Assembly (NCBI GenBank): GCA_963662545.2
Contig: CAXXLL010000002.1
Coordinates: 1,152,001 to 1,216,000, forward strand
Origin: Gammaproteobacteria bacterium
GTDB lineage: Bacteria; Pseudomonadota; Gammaproteobacteria; Ga0077536
Reading direction: 5' to 3'
Length of the DNA: 64,000 nt
Below are positions 1 to 10,149 of the stretch, piece after piece. A program made the translations under genes and the position numbers. Numbering within the stretch: position 1 is the stretch's first letter; each line of letters starts with the position of its first letter. The notes under the pieces are model-generated. The model did no database searches. It was given only the letters and a program-made list of their open reading frames with translations, and was not told the DNA's origin.

Positions 1-334
1 CTCGACGAGCGTGCTCGCGGGGCAGTCGCTCGGGAAGAATTCGCCAAAGACGCTATCGTAAGTTGAAACCATCCCTGCAGTTCGCTGAACACAGAAGGTG
101 GTCGCGCACCTTGACCACATCGCGCATCGTCGCGCCCTTTTTCGCGAGGACCGCCTGGATATTCTCAAGCGCTTGTCGCGTCTGCACGGCTATATCTCCC
201 GGCCCGACTACACGGCCATCGTCGCCAAGCGCCACCTGCCCGGAGACGTAGATCGTGGGCCCGATCTTGACGCCTTGAGAATAATGCATCTTCTGGTCCC
301 ACGCCGTGTCTCGATGAATCATTTCTTTATTCAT
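1..334 (-). pseudogene. RidA/YjgF family protein, frameshifted near 105 and running off the window edge
   Basis: YSQGVKIGPTIYVSGQVA...QTRQALENIQAVL is Rid-like; the typical C-terminus (TTFCV...YDSVFGEFFPSDCPASTLVE) continues in a shifted frame to position 1. Confidence 0.75.
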
Positions 335-2409
335 GCTGCCTCCTTCGAAGCCCTCTCTATGAGCCGGTAGGCGCTCGGTGTTACCTTGAGGACCGCATCG
401 TCAAATACGACGACCGTGGTCCCGACTTCCTCGACGATGGCGGGGCCAGCTACACTGTAACCGGCCGGTAAAGAGGCGCCTTGGTAGACCGGTGTCTCGA
501 CGAAGCCACCGCTGGTTTCGAAGAACACCGGCCGCGTTGGCGGACTCGTTGGTTCCTCAACGCCATTCGCAGCGGCGTTCGTAATCGCGGGTTGCCGAAG
601 GTGTCCGGAGACGACACTCCCCACGGTGATCAATTCGCACAATGGATTATCGCGCTCGGCGTAGGCATACAGAGCTTCGTGCGCATCGTGAAATCGCTCG
701 ATGACCTCGGCTAAGAGGTCGGTCGTTACCGTCGTCATCGGCATGCTCACGCTGCACTCGTACATCTGGCCCGCATAGCGCAGATCGAATCGCCGCACGA
801 TCTCGATGTGCTTTTGCGCGATCCCTTCCCGTGCCAACACCTCACGCCCCTGTTCTTCCATGCCGGCGAATAGTGCTTCCAACTTTGCTGGATCGGCATC
901 GCTGATTCGGCATGGTGTCGAGCGCGTGTAACTATGGCGGAGATCCGCCACGATCTCGCCGAAGGCGCAGAAGTTCGATGCCACCCGCGGTATGAGCACC
1001 TCGACGAGGCCGAGCTCGCGTGCGAGCATCCACGCGTGTATGGGACCGCAGCCACCGCCGACGACTAATAAAAAACCGCGTGGGTCGTGCCCGCGCTCGA
1101 TCGATACCTCGCGGATCGCGCGCGACATCGTATTGTTGACGACGGCATACACGGCGAGCGCCGCCTGTTCGAGAGAAAGGCCCAGGGGTGTGGCGATTTG
1201 TTCATGCAGGGCCCGCTCCGCGGGTTCGCGATGCAAGATGATCTGACCGCTCAGCGGCCGTTCCGCTTCGAGGTATCCGAGAATCAGATCCGCATCCGTC
1301 ACCGTCGCGCATTCGCCGCCCCTCCCGTAACACGCAGGGCCGGGATCGGCGCCGGCGCTGATCGGTCCGACTTGCAGCAAACCGCCGGCGTCGACCCGGG
1401 CGATACTCCCCCCGCCGGCGCCGACCGCATGGATGTCTATCATCGGAATCCCAAGGCGGTAGCGGTGAAAGTCGACGCCTTTGACGATATCGGGCTCGCC
1501 GTTGTGGACCAGACAAACGTCGAAACTCGTACCGCCCATGTCGACGGTAAGGAGATCCGTTCGGCCGTGTTGACGCGCATGGAATAACCCTGCCGCGGGA
1601 CCGGCAGCGGGACCCGACCCGAGTGCATAGACGGGCCGGCGCATGATTTCGCTGGCTGATGCGAGCCCGGCATTCGATTGCATAAAGCACACCGCACCGC
1701 GGTAGCCCAAGGACTGCAAGAAAGACTCGACATCACGCGCATAGCGTTGAACGACGGGCCCAATATAGGCGTTAATTACGGTGGTGCTGGTGCGGTCGTA
1801 CTCGCGGATCTCCGGTAGCACATCGACCGACAGCGAAACGTAGGTCTCGGGCAATTCCGCGGCGAGAATCTCGCCCACGCGGCGCTCGTGGTCCTCGTTG
1901 CGAAACGACCAGAGAAAGCATACGGCAATGGCTTCAACGTCATGCTGCCGGAATACCTCGATGGCCGCTCGTACATCGTTTTCCACCAGCGCCTGGTGAA
2001 TGAGTCCATCTTTGGTGACCCGTTCTCGAACCGGCTGTCGCAGCGTACGCGGCACTAAGGTCGGCGGCGGCGAGTATTGCCAATCGTACCGGCGTTCTTT
2101 GGCGCCGAGCCTTATCTCCAGGGAATCGCGAAATCCCTCTGTGCACAGCAGTCCGGTACGCGCGCCTTTGTGCTCGAGCAGGGCATTGAGTGCCACCGTC
2201 GAACCGTGGACGACGAGCTCTGTTTGTTCGAGCAGTCGCGATACGTCACAGTCGATTGTAGCTGCGAGAGCGTCCAGACCTTCGGCGATGGATTTCGATG
2301 GATCAGTGGGGGTGGATAAGGTCTTCGCGATATTGATGCGGCCATCAGCATCGATCGCAATGAGGTCGGTGAACGTCCCACCGACATCAATGCCGAGCCG
2401 TATCGTCAC
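331..2409 (-). CDS. Hydantoinase/oxoprolinase family subunit A
   Basis: N-terminal GIDVGGTFTD, SGPAAG, DMGGTSFD, GAGGGSIA motifs; 692 aa. Confidence 0.92.
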   Translation of the reverse strand: MTIRLGIDVGGTFTDLIAIDADGRINIAKTLSTPTDPSKSIAEGLDALAATIDCDVSRLLEQTELVVHGSTVALNALLEHKGARTGLLCTEGFRDSLEIRLGAKERRYDWQYSPPPTLVPRTLRQPVRERVTKDGLIHQALVENDVRAAIEVFRQHDVEAIAVCFLWSFRNEDHERRVGEILAAELPETYVSLSVDVLPEIREYDRTSTTVINAYIGPVVQRYARDVESFLQSLGYRGAVCFMQSNAGLASASEIMRRPVYALGSGPAAGPAAGLFHARQHGRTDLLTVDMGGTSFDVCLVHNGEPDIVKGVDFHRYRLGIPMIDIHAVGAGGGSIARVDAGGLLQVGPISAGADPGPACYGRGGECATVTDADLILGYLEAERPLSGQIILHREPAERALHEQIATPLGLSLEQAALAVYAVVNNTMSRAIREVSIERGHDPRGFLLVVGGGCGPIHAWMLARELGLVEVLIPRVASNFCAFGEIVADLRHSYTRSTPCRISDADPAKLEALFAGMEEQGREVLAREGIAQKHIEIVRRFDLRYAGQMYECSVSMPMTTVTTDLLAEVIERFHDAHEALYAYAERDNPLCELITVGSVVSGHLRQPAITNAAANGVEEPTSPPTRPVFFETSGGFVETPVYQGASLPAGYSVAGPAIVEEVGTTVVVFDDAVLKVTPSAYRLIERASKEAA

Positions 2410-4172
2410 GCAATGTTCCGATCGGCAGCGCCACGACGGGCTGCCGTCGCGGCGGCGTCCACTTTGAAGGTTTCTGGATCGATCACCACGCCGTATTCCT
2501 CCGCCGCGCGCTCTACACTGACCAGCCCGGTTTGCACGTCCGACCGTACGGCTTGGACGTCACGCTCGAACGGGTCACCAACGCCGCCGCCGCCCGGCGG
2601 ATAAGAGTGGTAGACATCACCGGGAGACAACTCGACCAGGGCATGATGTTTGAGTTCTTCACGGCGCCCGTCGGCACGCACGACCCAGCGCCGATAGATG
2701 CGTTCGACGTTGAGTTCGGATCCGGCACCGGCCAGACTCGGTGGCGGAATGGCCACCCCTTCGCCGATGCTGGAAAGCTGGGTGGTGTGGCCGATCGGCT
2801 CGATCGCATAGCGTCCGCCGAGCCCGCCGCGCCAGCGACCAGGACAGGCCGAATCAGGCTCGAGCTCGTAGAAGTGCGTGTGTATGGGATATTCGTGTTC
2901 GGTCAGCTCGATGTCACCGGTTAGCATCGCGCCACCCGTGGCGACCGTGCCAATGCAGCTCCAACCATCGAGACCGTACGATGCACCGCCGCCGCCCATT
3001 AAACCGGGAACCGCAGAGAAGACGTAGACTTCATCGTCAAGCGGATCAGGCGCCGTCCAAATCGAGAAACACATGTGGCTGGAACCGGCGACGCTGCGTT
3101 TAGGCAGTGCCTTACTCAAAGCGTCGCGTACCGACTCGACGATGCTGTCGAAAGGAGTGGTCGTGGACATCGAGCATGCCGCCGGCTCGACAGCATTCAG
3201 CATCGTGCCGGGCGGTCCGAAATCCATTTCGATGGCACGGTATGCACCCGCGTTGTGCGGAATCTCAGGATCGATGTAGGTGACGACGCCGAGCAGGATC
3301 GCGCTCGACGTAACCGAGTAGTAGCAGTTGAAATAACTCGGCAGCTGGGGACGGCTGCGCATGGCTACGCGAATATCGCTGCCTTCGATCTGAATCTCAC
3401 ACTCAATCCGACTTTGGCCGGACCCATGCCCGTCGTCCTCGACCCACGAAGTGCCCAAATAAGTGCCGTCCGGAATGCGCTCGATTTCCTCGCGCATCCG
3501 AACCTCGGCAGCGTCGAGCAGCGCCGCCACGGAGGCTCGTATCGTGTCGATACCATAACGCTCCACCAACGCCACGAGTCTGCGCTCGGCGAGATCGACG
3601 GCGCCGATCTGTGCGCGGATGTCGCCACGCGTGTGGCGCGAAGTGCGTACCGATCCCACGATGAGGTCGAAGATATCGCGGCGGAGCTTACCGCGTTCAA
3701 CGAGTTTGATCGGCGAGATGCGCAGGCCCTCGGCATACATATCCTCGGCGAGCGGGTTGTATCCACCTGCAACGCCGCCGCCCGTATCCGAAAGATGGGC
3801 ATTACACGCCACCCAGAACAGCAACTCATCGTCGTAGAAAACTGGCTTGAGCGCGCAACAGTCCGGTTTGTGCGAGCCCCCAGTGGCGGGGCTGTTGTGG
3901 TACATCACGTCGCCGGGTTCGATCTCGCCTGCGAAATACCGCGCGACCGACTCTGCACTGCTTTGCAGAGCGCCTAAATGGACCGGTATATCCTCACCCT
4001 GCATCAGTTGCTGGGGGATCGCATCGAGCACGGCGTTTGAATAGTCGCGGGCAAGCTTGAGAACTGGCGATCGACTCGTACGATCGATAGTAATCCCCAT
4101 CTCCCGCGTCACCGACTTGAGCGTACCGTTTACGACGGCCAGCGTTACCGGATCAACCGCTGAGAGCGTCAC
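2406..4172 (-). CDS. Hydantoinase B/oxoprolinase family subunit
   Basis: DPVTLAVV start, GGSHKPD, AHLSDTGG, PGGGGVGDPFERD; overlaps the A subunit by 4 nt. Confidence 0.92.
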   Translation of the reverse strand: MTLSAVDPVTLAVVNGTLKSVTREMGITIDRTSRSPVLKLARDYSNAVLDAIPQQLMQGEDIPVHLGALQSSAESVARYFAGEIEPGDVMYHNSPATGGSHKPDCCALKPVFYDDELLFWVACNAHLSDTGGGVAGGYNPLAEDMYAEGLRISPIKLVERGKLRRDIFDLIVGSVRTSRHTRGDIRAQIGAVDLAERRLVALVERYGIDTIRASVAALLDAAEVRMREEIERIPDGTYLGTSWVEDDGHGSGQSRIECEIQIEGSDIRVAMRSRPQLPSYFNCYYSVTSSAILLGVVTYIDPEIPHNAGAYRAIEMDFGPPGTMLNAVEPAACSMSTTTPFDSIVESVRDALSKALPKRSVAGSSHMCFSIWTAPDPLDDEVYVFSAVPGLMGGGGASYGLDGWSCIGTVATGGAMLTGDIELTEHEYPIHTHFYELEPDSACPGRWRGGLGGRYAIEPIGHTTQLSSIGEGVAIPPPSLAGAGSELNVERIYRRWVVRADGRREELKHHALVELSPGDVYHSYPPGGGGVGDPFERDVQAVRSDVQTGLVSVERAAEEYGVVIDPETFKVDAAATAARRGAADRNIA

Positions 4173-4283
4173 GGCTTCACCTGAACGGTCATCTCGATCT
4201 CGATTGGCGCATCGTAGGTGAGTTCATTCTGATGCAAGGCGGCCCGGGCATGCCGACCCGTTTCCACACCGAACACCTCGACC
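4169..4283 (-). pseudogene. 3' remnant of a second RidA-family gene truncated by IS6
   Basis: Manual translation VEVFGVETGRHARAALHQNELTYDAPIEIEMTVQVKP* abuts the IS6 end and is coupled to the hydantoinase B start. Confidence 0.7.
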
Positions 4284-5075
4284 GATATTGTCACATTAAT
4301 CAACGATTAGGCAAAGTGGTGGGTTGAAAATATCCAACGGCCACTATCGCCGGCACCGTTTCCCACCCACGATCATCCAATATCCGGTCTGGCTCTATCA
4401 TCGACTTAGTTTGAGCTTCCGTGATATGGAAGATTTGCTCGCGGAACGCGGCATTCAGGTGTCCTTTGAAACGGTCCGTCGCTGGTGCATAAATTTCGGA
4501 CCTAGATACGCATCACGCTTGAGAAAAAGAAGCTGCGGATATGGCGATACGTGGTAGGTCGACGAGGTGTTCATTCGAATTAATGGTCAACTACGTCATC
4601 TATACAGAGCAGTCGACCAGGACGGGGACGCCATTGATATTCTTGTCCAAAATAAACGCGATGCTCGCGCAGCAAAGAAATTCTTCCGAAGGCTGATTAA
4701 GCGACATGGGGGAACGCCGAGGGTTCTCGTCACCGACAAATTGAGAAGCTATCCGCCTGCTGCTGAAGACGTCATGCCCGATTCAATTCACGTCACTGAG
4801 CAACATTCGAATAATCGTGCAGAACTTCCTCATCATTCGACGCGTCAGCGGGATCGGAGAATGCGGCGATTCAAATCAATCACCCAGGCGCAACTATTTC
4901 TTTCAATTCAAGCCGCGGTATAAAATCTATTCAATCTTGGGCGCCATTTGCTTGCCGCCAAGAACTATCGATTGTTCAGACTACGGGCGTTTGCGTCTTG
5001 GCAAATTGCAACGAGTACCTAAATGACCACAACTCGGTGATTTATATATCGAGTTAAAGTTAACGTGACAATACC
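4284..5075 (+). mobile_element. IS6 family element, transposase with internal stops (4324-~5024)
   Basis: YRRHRFPP..VWLY, DEVF, LYRAVDQDG, TDKLRSY motifs; IRs GATATTGTCACATTAA (4284) and TTAACGTGACAATACC (ending 5075); in-frame stops at 4555 and 4921. Confidence 0.9.
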
Positions 5076-6433
5076 GCCGCGAACGCCCCTTGGTCTTGCA
5101 TTTCTTCGATGACAGTGCGCATCGCGTTCAAGGTATAGCCGATGTCATCGCCGCCATGCGCGCCCGACAGCCAACCGAGGCGCCCGGCATAAAAGTAGAT
5201 GCCGTGCTTCAGCAGGCGTTCGTGGAACGTGCGGATCGCATTCTGATCAGCGTCTTCGGCTTCGCGCGCCGAGCGTACGTGTTCGGTGGTGAAATGGATG
5301 TGGAACAAGGCGCCCACGCCCGTGACGTCCGCGGCGATCGAACACTCCGCGACGATATCGCGTAAGCCGTTGCGGATCATTTCGCCAATTTCGTTGGTAT
5401 GCTGGACAGTGTTCTCTTGCTCCATCGTGTCGAGGGTCGCGATGCCGGCCGCGACACTCATCGGAAAGGCGCTGAACGTGCCCGATTGAAAAACGTAGTC
5501 GTCGGGATGGTGTAAGACTGACACCACATCCATGATGTCCTGGTGTCCACCGACCGCGGCAAGGGGCATGCCGCCACCGATGGCTTTTCCAAGTACGGTC
5601 AGATCGGGCATCACATCGTAATAGGCTTGCCCGCCACCCATCGCGAGACGAAATCCCGTGATCACTTCATCGAAGCAGAGGAGTATGCCGTGCTTACGCG
5701 TGATTGAACGGAGGCCGTTAAGAAAATCCGGCTCCGCCGGAATGGCGCCCGCGAATCCAAGCATCGGCTCGATCAGGATCAAGGCCAGGTCGTCCGCGTG
5801 TTGCTCGATGATTTGCCGGCACGCTTCGCCGTCATTGAAGGGCAGGACTACTGTGAGGTCGAGGATTTCCGGTGGTAAGTTACAGTGATAGGGAATCCGC
5901 TCGGGGGCCGATTTGTCACCCCGTTCGGCAGCCGGAGCCGCGATCGACACCATGACGTTGTCCGCTTGGCCGTGATAAGCACCCTCAAATTTTGCGATCC
6001 GTTTGCGGCCGGTATATTTGCGCGCGATACGGATAGCGGCTTGGACGGCTTCGGTGCCCGTCGGTAGAAAGCGGATGTGCTCGATGCTCGGCAGGTAATG
6101 GGTCAGGCGCTCGGCAAGCTCGATCTGCCCTTCGCCGACGCCGAGATTCGGGATCGCTCGATCGACAGCCGCATGCACGGCCGCAACGATGGCGGGATGC
6201 CGATGTCCCAATACCAACGGTCCGGCACCCAACATGTAATCGATATAGTCCGCGCCGTCCACGTCGACGATGCGTGCGCCTTCGGCGTGCGAGAGGTACA
6301 GAGGCTGGGGTGAGCGCAACTGCGAATACCCCGCGATCCCGTCCGGCATGACGGCGCAGGCGCGATCGTGAAAGACCGCCGAACCACTAGCGTCTGACCG
6401 CGCGCGAGATTCAGTTTCGGATGCGTTGCCCAT
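5060..6433 (-). CDS. Class III PLP aminotransferase, glutamate-1-semialdehyde aminomutase-like
   Basis: GTEA, FEGAYHG, FDEVITGFR, LGKAIGGGMP; the stop codon lies inside the IS6 IR. Confidence 0.88.
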   Translation of the reverse strand: MGNASETESRARSDASGSAVFHDRACAVMPDGIAGYSQLRSPQPLYLSHAEGARIVDVDGADYIDYMLGAGPLVLGHRHPAIVAAVHAAVDRAIPNLGVGEGQIELAERLTHYLPSIEHIRFLPTGTEAVQAAIRIARKYTGRKRIAKFEGAYHGQADNVMVSIAAPAAERGDKSAPERIPYHCNLPPEILDLTVVLPFNDGEACRQIIEQHADDLALILIEPMLGFAGAIPAEPDFLNGLRSITRKHGILLCFDEVITGFRLAMGGGQAYYDVMPDLTVLGKAIGGGMPLAAVGGHQDIMDVVSVLHHPDDYVFQSGTFSAFPMSVAAGIATLDTMEQENTVQHTNEIGEMIRNGLRDIVAECSIAADVTGVGALFHIHFTTEHVRSAREAEDADQNAIRTFHERLLKHGIYFYAGRLGWLSGAHGGDDIGYTLNAMRTVIEEMQDQGAFAAVLSR

Positions 6434-6454
6434 GGTGTCGGCTCCTGTTTGTTT

Positions 6455-6672
6455 TTATCGGCGAGCAGGTCCCGCAAATTGTCGTCGATGGCCTGTTTAT
6501 CGCGCTCATTCATACAAAACATCGTGAAGTGTGCCCACACTGAATCGATCAAGCGGTATTCACTGCTCGGGATCAAATCGGCTTCCGCTTTGCAGTCAGC
6601 CGGCGGGAAGAACATATCGTTGCCAAACGGCATGACGAACGTCATCGCTTTGATCCGCCCCAGCGCGGCATA
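6455..6672 (-). pseudogene. C-terminal fragment of a homoserine acetyltransferase-like alpha/beta hydrolase
   Basis: AALGRIKAMTFVMPFGNDMFFPPADCKAEADLIPSSEYRLIDSVWAH (acid and His residues); 5' part replaced by an IS91 end. Confidence 0.6.
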
Positions 6673-6935
6673 TAGGTAGCATAAACGCCCGATCCGGTGT
6701 TTTTCAAATCTATTGAGCGGCGTTTCGTGGCGCTGGTATTCGCGTGCGGCGCAGCGACTGGTTTGGATTGTGCCGTCGTCGTGCTGGTACACCGAAAATC
6801 GCCCGTTTTGGCGCCCGGGCCGAGTGAATTCCTGCCATGCCCAAGCGGGGCATAGCCCATTTATATGGGCCGAGATTCTCAGGCCAGGTCGAACAGGCCG
6901 GTCGGGGGTGGGGCGCGGGGTTCGGGCAACGCTTC
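6670..6935 (-). mobile_element. IS91/ISCR family 3' remnant with oriIS-like end
   Basis: Minus-strand EALPEPRAPPPTGLFDLA* (typical IS91 C-terminus) followed by GGGCGTTTATGCTACCTATA, resembling ISCR oriIS GCGTTTGAACTTCCTATAC. Confidence 0.6.
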
Positions 6936-7095
6936 AAGGACGACTCATTGGCGGGTAATCATATCGGGGTCCTGGATCCGACCCTGTCTTTCGGTACCGT
7001 CTTCACGGTCGGTCACAGCTGCCGACCTGCGCGCGCTCGACCTCATCGGTTACGACTACGCGCCAGACTTCGCCCTCCTAGAAACCGCTCATTGA
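6933..7095 (+). pseudogene. C-terminal fragment of a PEP-CTERM-associated (NF038122-like) metalloprotease, frameshifted
   Basis: FKDDSLAGNHIGVLDPTLSFG then, in a shifted frame, TAADLRALDLIGYD. Confidence 0.45.
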
Positions 7096-7249
7096 CTCCG
7101 CACTCATGTGTTCGCGGTCCGCCACTTATCCCTAAAGCGACACGTATGAACTTGTCTCAATATTATCTGCATGTGCGGCGCGCCCTTCTACGCGCGTTTT
7201 AGATCATAATCGCTCCACCGCCCACGACGCGGATACGAGACGAAAGGCC

Positions 7250-8455
7250 ATGAAATACGACGCGATCGTTGTCGGAGCGCGTTGCGCGGGCGCGCCGACG
7301 GCCATGTTGCTTGCGAGAAAAGGCTACGACGTTCTCCTTGTCGACCGCGCCATCTTTCCAAGCAACATGGTCCAGTCCACCCATTTAATCCATAACTCGG
7401 GCATCGCCTACCTCAAACGCTGGGGATTGTTGCAAGAAATCGAGGAACGCTGCACCGCATTTAACCGATGGACCTTTGATCTACACGGCGTTGCGCTCAC
7501 CGCAGAGCTACCTCCCGTAGAAGGGGTTGACTTATCGTACGCGCCCCGGCGGCAAATGCTCGACAATATTCTGGTGCGTGCAGCCGAGCGTGCGGGCGTC
7601 GAAGTCCGTGAAGGATGCCGGGTCACGAATCTGACCTTCGAGAACGACCGCGTATGTGGTATCCAGGCTAAGAGTCCGAGCGGCAAGAAATTTACTGAAA
7701 GCGCGCAGATCGTCATCGGTGCGGATGGTGCGGCATCGATCGTAGCCCGTTGCGCGAAGGCAGATGAACGTGAGTGCGAACCTATCGCGCAAAGCGTTCT
7801 GTGGACTTATTACACTGACCTGCCAATTGATCATTTCATATTGTATAGCCGCGAGCATGCCGGCGCCTTCGCATTTCCATGCAATGACGGCATCGCCGTC
7901 ATTGCCGCGAACCTGACGTATGAAGATTTCATCACAGCCAAAGCCGATCGGGATCGTGCTTTTCGCGATATGCTCGATTACGTAGTGCCGGAGATCGCGG
8001 AGATGCTCGCAGAAGGCCAGCAGGTCGACCGTTTGTTTGCCGGCTGCACGCGGATGTTCGTGCGCGAGGCCTATGGTCCAGGTTGGGCTCTCGTCGGCGA
8101 CGCTGGTATGAAGAAGGACCCCATCTCCGCGCAAGGGATCGCGGTTGCGTTCGAGTACGCGCAAAAGCTCGCCGATGCGATCGACGAAGGACTCGCCGGT
8201 CGATGCGACCTCGAGCTTGCACTGCAAGTTTATGAGCAGGAACGTGACGACCGTTTGATGCCGTTTTATGACTTTACCGTAGAGCTGGCAAAGCTCGCCA
8301 AGCCAACCCCTGAGCAACTTGCCCTGTATCGAGCGTTGCAAGGCAAACCGGATGATATTGGGCAATTATTCGGCTGCGTTACGCTTGCGGTATCTCCCGA
8401 TGAATTCTTCGCGCCCGATAATATTGCTCGAATAGTGGGAATGGCTTCACTTTAG
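7250..8455 (+). CDS. FAD-dependent oxidoreductase (geranylgeranyl reductase/monooxygenase-like)
   Basis: YDAIVVGARCAG, IGADG, LVGDAG..DP..AQG motifs. Confidence 0.88.
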   Translation: MKYDAIVVGARCAGAPTAMLLARKGYDVLLVDRAIFPSNMVQSTHLIHNSGIAYLKRWGLLQEIEERCTAFNRWTFDLHGVALTAELPPVEGVDLSYAPRRQMLDNILVRAAERAGVEVREGCRVTNLTFENDRVCGIQAKSPSGKKFTESAQIVIGADGAASIVARCAKADERECEPIAQSVLWTYYTDLPIDHFILYSREHAGAFAFPCNDGIAVIAANLTYEDFITAKADRDRAFRDMLDYVVPEIAEMLAEGQQVDRLFAGCTRMFVREAYGPGWALVGDAGMKKDPISAQGIAVAFEYAQKLADAIDEGLAGRCDLELALQVYEQERDDRLMPFYDFTVELAKLAKPTPEQLALYRALQGKPDDIGQLFGCVTLAVSPDEFFAPDNIARIVGMASL

Positions 8456-8633
8456 TGCGACAAGAATCTGCGCTTTGCCCGCGACCGGTGGATCAGCCCC
8501 AAGTGTAGTTCAGATCGATCAAATTGGACTGCCGGCGTGATGAAAAGCGGGATCAAACGGATACCGTGTAGCAAACCGGTGCTCATGGAGCTAAGCTCAT
8601 ATGGGGTTCACCCGTAGCGAGCGGAGGGCAGAA

Positions 8634-9227
8634 ATGACCAAGAGCGAATCCGTCAAACACTTCATCGTCTCTGAAAACGGCGATATGCCGAATAACGGCG
8701 CGCTTCCTGTAATCCTGTACAAAGGTGCGGCGGACTTCGGCGACCGGGAGCCAGAGAGTGTATTTGAAGAAAAGTTTGCACAACACAATTGGGGTAACGG
8801 CTGGCGTGTTGAGAGCATTTACCACTTTCATCATTTCCATTCTGACGCACATGAAGTGGTCGGTATTGCGCGCGGCGCCGCCACACTCCAGATCGGCGGC
8901 CCCGACGGCCCGATCATCGAGGTGGAAGCGGGCGATGCCGCCGTCATCCCCGCCGGCGTCGGACATTGCAGGCTGGACAATGCGCCGGGACTTTCCGTGG
9001 TCGGTGCCTACCCGCCAGAACAAGGGCCCGATGTTTGCGTTATCACCGAGGAAGACCTTCAGAAAGCGCGCGATGAAAACGCCGATGCAGACGGATGCAT
9101 CATTCGGCTGTTCGGAAAAGATGAACGGGATACCGTGCGTGCGAGCATCGACGGCACCGCGTTACCGCCCACCGATCCACTGACAGGTAACGACGGCCCC
9201 GTCATGAACCTCTGGCAGAAAGGCTAG
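8634..9227 (+). CDS. Cupin domain protein (YjlB-like)
   Basis: PNN..LP, FHHFHSDAHEV, IPAGVGH, VVGAYP; start chosen after a GGAGG RBS. Confidence 0.8.
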   Translation: MTKSESVKHFIVSENGDMPNNGALPVILYKGAADFGDREPESVFEEKFAQHNWGNGWRVESIYHFHHFHSDAHEVVGIARGAATLQIGGPDGPIIEVEAGDAAVIPAGVGHCRLDNAPGLSVVGAYPPEQGPDVCVITEEDLQKARDENADADGCIIRLFGKDERDTVRASIDGTALPPTDPLTGNDGPVMNLWQKG

Positions 9228-9247
9228 ACCTCAGACAAGGTACGGAT

Positions 9248-9283
9248 AAAGGTCCGGCGCAGTAGCAACCGCTCCGGCCCTTT
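9248..9283 (+). terminator. Possible terminator hairpin after the cupin gene
   Basis: Imperfect stem AAAGGTCCGGCGC...GCTCCGGCCCTTT. Confidence 0.35.
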
Positions 9284-9333
9284 ACACTCCCCAACATGAT
9301 TTATTCCTGTCACTCGGGAAATCGGCAGAAATC

Positions 9334-9416
9334 GGGGACGTACCACGTTTTAGGTTGTAAAGCGTTGTGTGTCCCTCAATTCTTAAACATGCATTTCTTA
9401 AACGTGGTACATCCCC
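9334..9416. repeat. REP-like inverted repeat pair
   Basis: GGGGACGTACCACGTTT (9334-9350) vs AAACGTGGTACATCCCC (9400-9416), one mismatch. Confidence 0.6.
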
Positions 9417-9589
9417 AAATATTCCGTCCCTAAATACTCCCTGCGAGTCGGTAGTGTGCGGCGCGCTTTTACGATTCCGATGGAAGACCCAGCGTGTTTA
9501 GTCAAATAAGTCAACTCCGGCACCCGCCCCCCGCACTCGGCGAGTCAGGGCGTTAAGTCCGGTGTCAGGATCCTTCTGGAAATTCCAAT

Positions 9590-9676
9590 GAGCGTAATAT
9601 TGTGCACTTTGCACGGTTTCAAACAGGCGAATGCCGGTTTGATTTCGTGCAATATGCACGCTACTTACTGTTAGGT
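9590..9676 (+). other. Candidate integron attI or atypical attC at the head of the cassette array
   Basis: Long imperfect hairpin GTGCACTTTGCACG..TCAAACAGGC-GAAT-GCCGGTTTGA..CGTGCAATATGCAC followed by core site GTTAGGT (9670-9676) just before the first cassette ORF. Confidence 0.4.
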
Positions 9677-9710
9677 GTGCTGAGTTAAATCTCGAATCGG
9701 AGGTTCTATC

Positions 9711-10121
9711 ATGAGCCGCAACGGAAAATGTCAATGTGAAGCCTTAACAGTCACGTGCGAGGGCGAACCCCAAATCGTATTTGAGTGTCACTGCCACGCT
9801 TGTCAACGGCGAACCGGCTCAATTATGGCAGTCATTGGTTATTCTCCGAACGAAGGTGTAACTCGTCAAGGTAAATCCAGTGAATACATCCGAATCGGAG
9901 ATGGCGGAAGTAAGATTACGCACTATTTTTGTCCCAACTGTGGGACGACTGTGTACTACGAAGCACCCGAAGTGCTGCCAGGATTAACTGCTGTCGATGT
10001 GGGTTGTTTCAACGATTCGGAATTCCCATCACCAACCATGTCGGTATATGGAAAGCGCCGCTATCATTGGGTATCTCAAATTGAAGGTATACCTAATCTC
10101 GATGGTCCCCCAGATCTCTAA
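9711..10121 (+). CDS. GFA/CENP-V family protein (probable integron cassette)
   Basis: GKCQC, CHCHACQRRTG, FCPNCGT zinc motifs; lies between GTTAGGT and an attC. Confidence 0.88.
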   Translation: MSRNGKCQCEALTVTCEGEPQIVFECHCHACQRRTGSIMAVIGYSPNEGVTRQGKSSEYIRIGDGGSKITHYFCPNCGTTVYYEAPEVLPGLTAVDVGCFNDSEFPSPTMSVYGKRRYHWVSQIEGIPNLDGPPDL

Positions 10122-10149
10122 AACATTTCGGTGTGGTAGGAACCGCTCA

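Noticed and set aside
3075-3977. Long antisense or overlapping ORFs (also 7532-8365, 33136-34011, 43555-44511, 44610-45461)
   Set aside because: Shadow ORFs of well-supported genes in GC-rich DNA with no family motifs.
9440-9600. Integron integrase remnant
   Set aside because: No IntI or tyrosine recombinase motifs found by manual translation.
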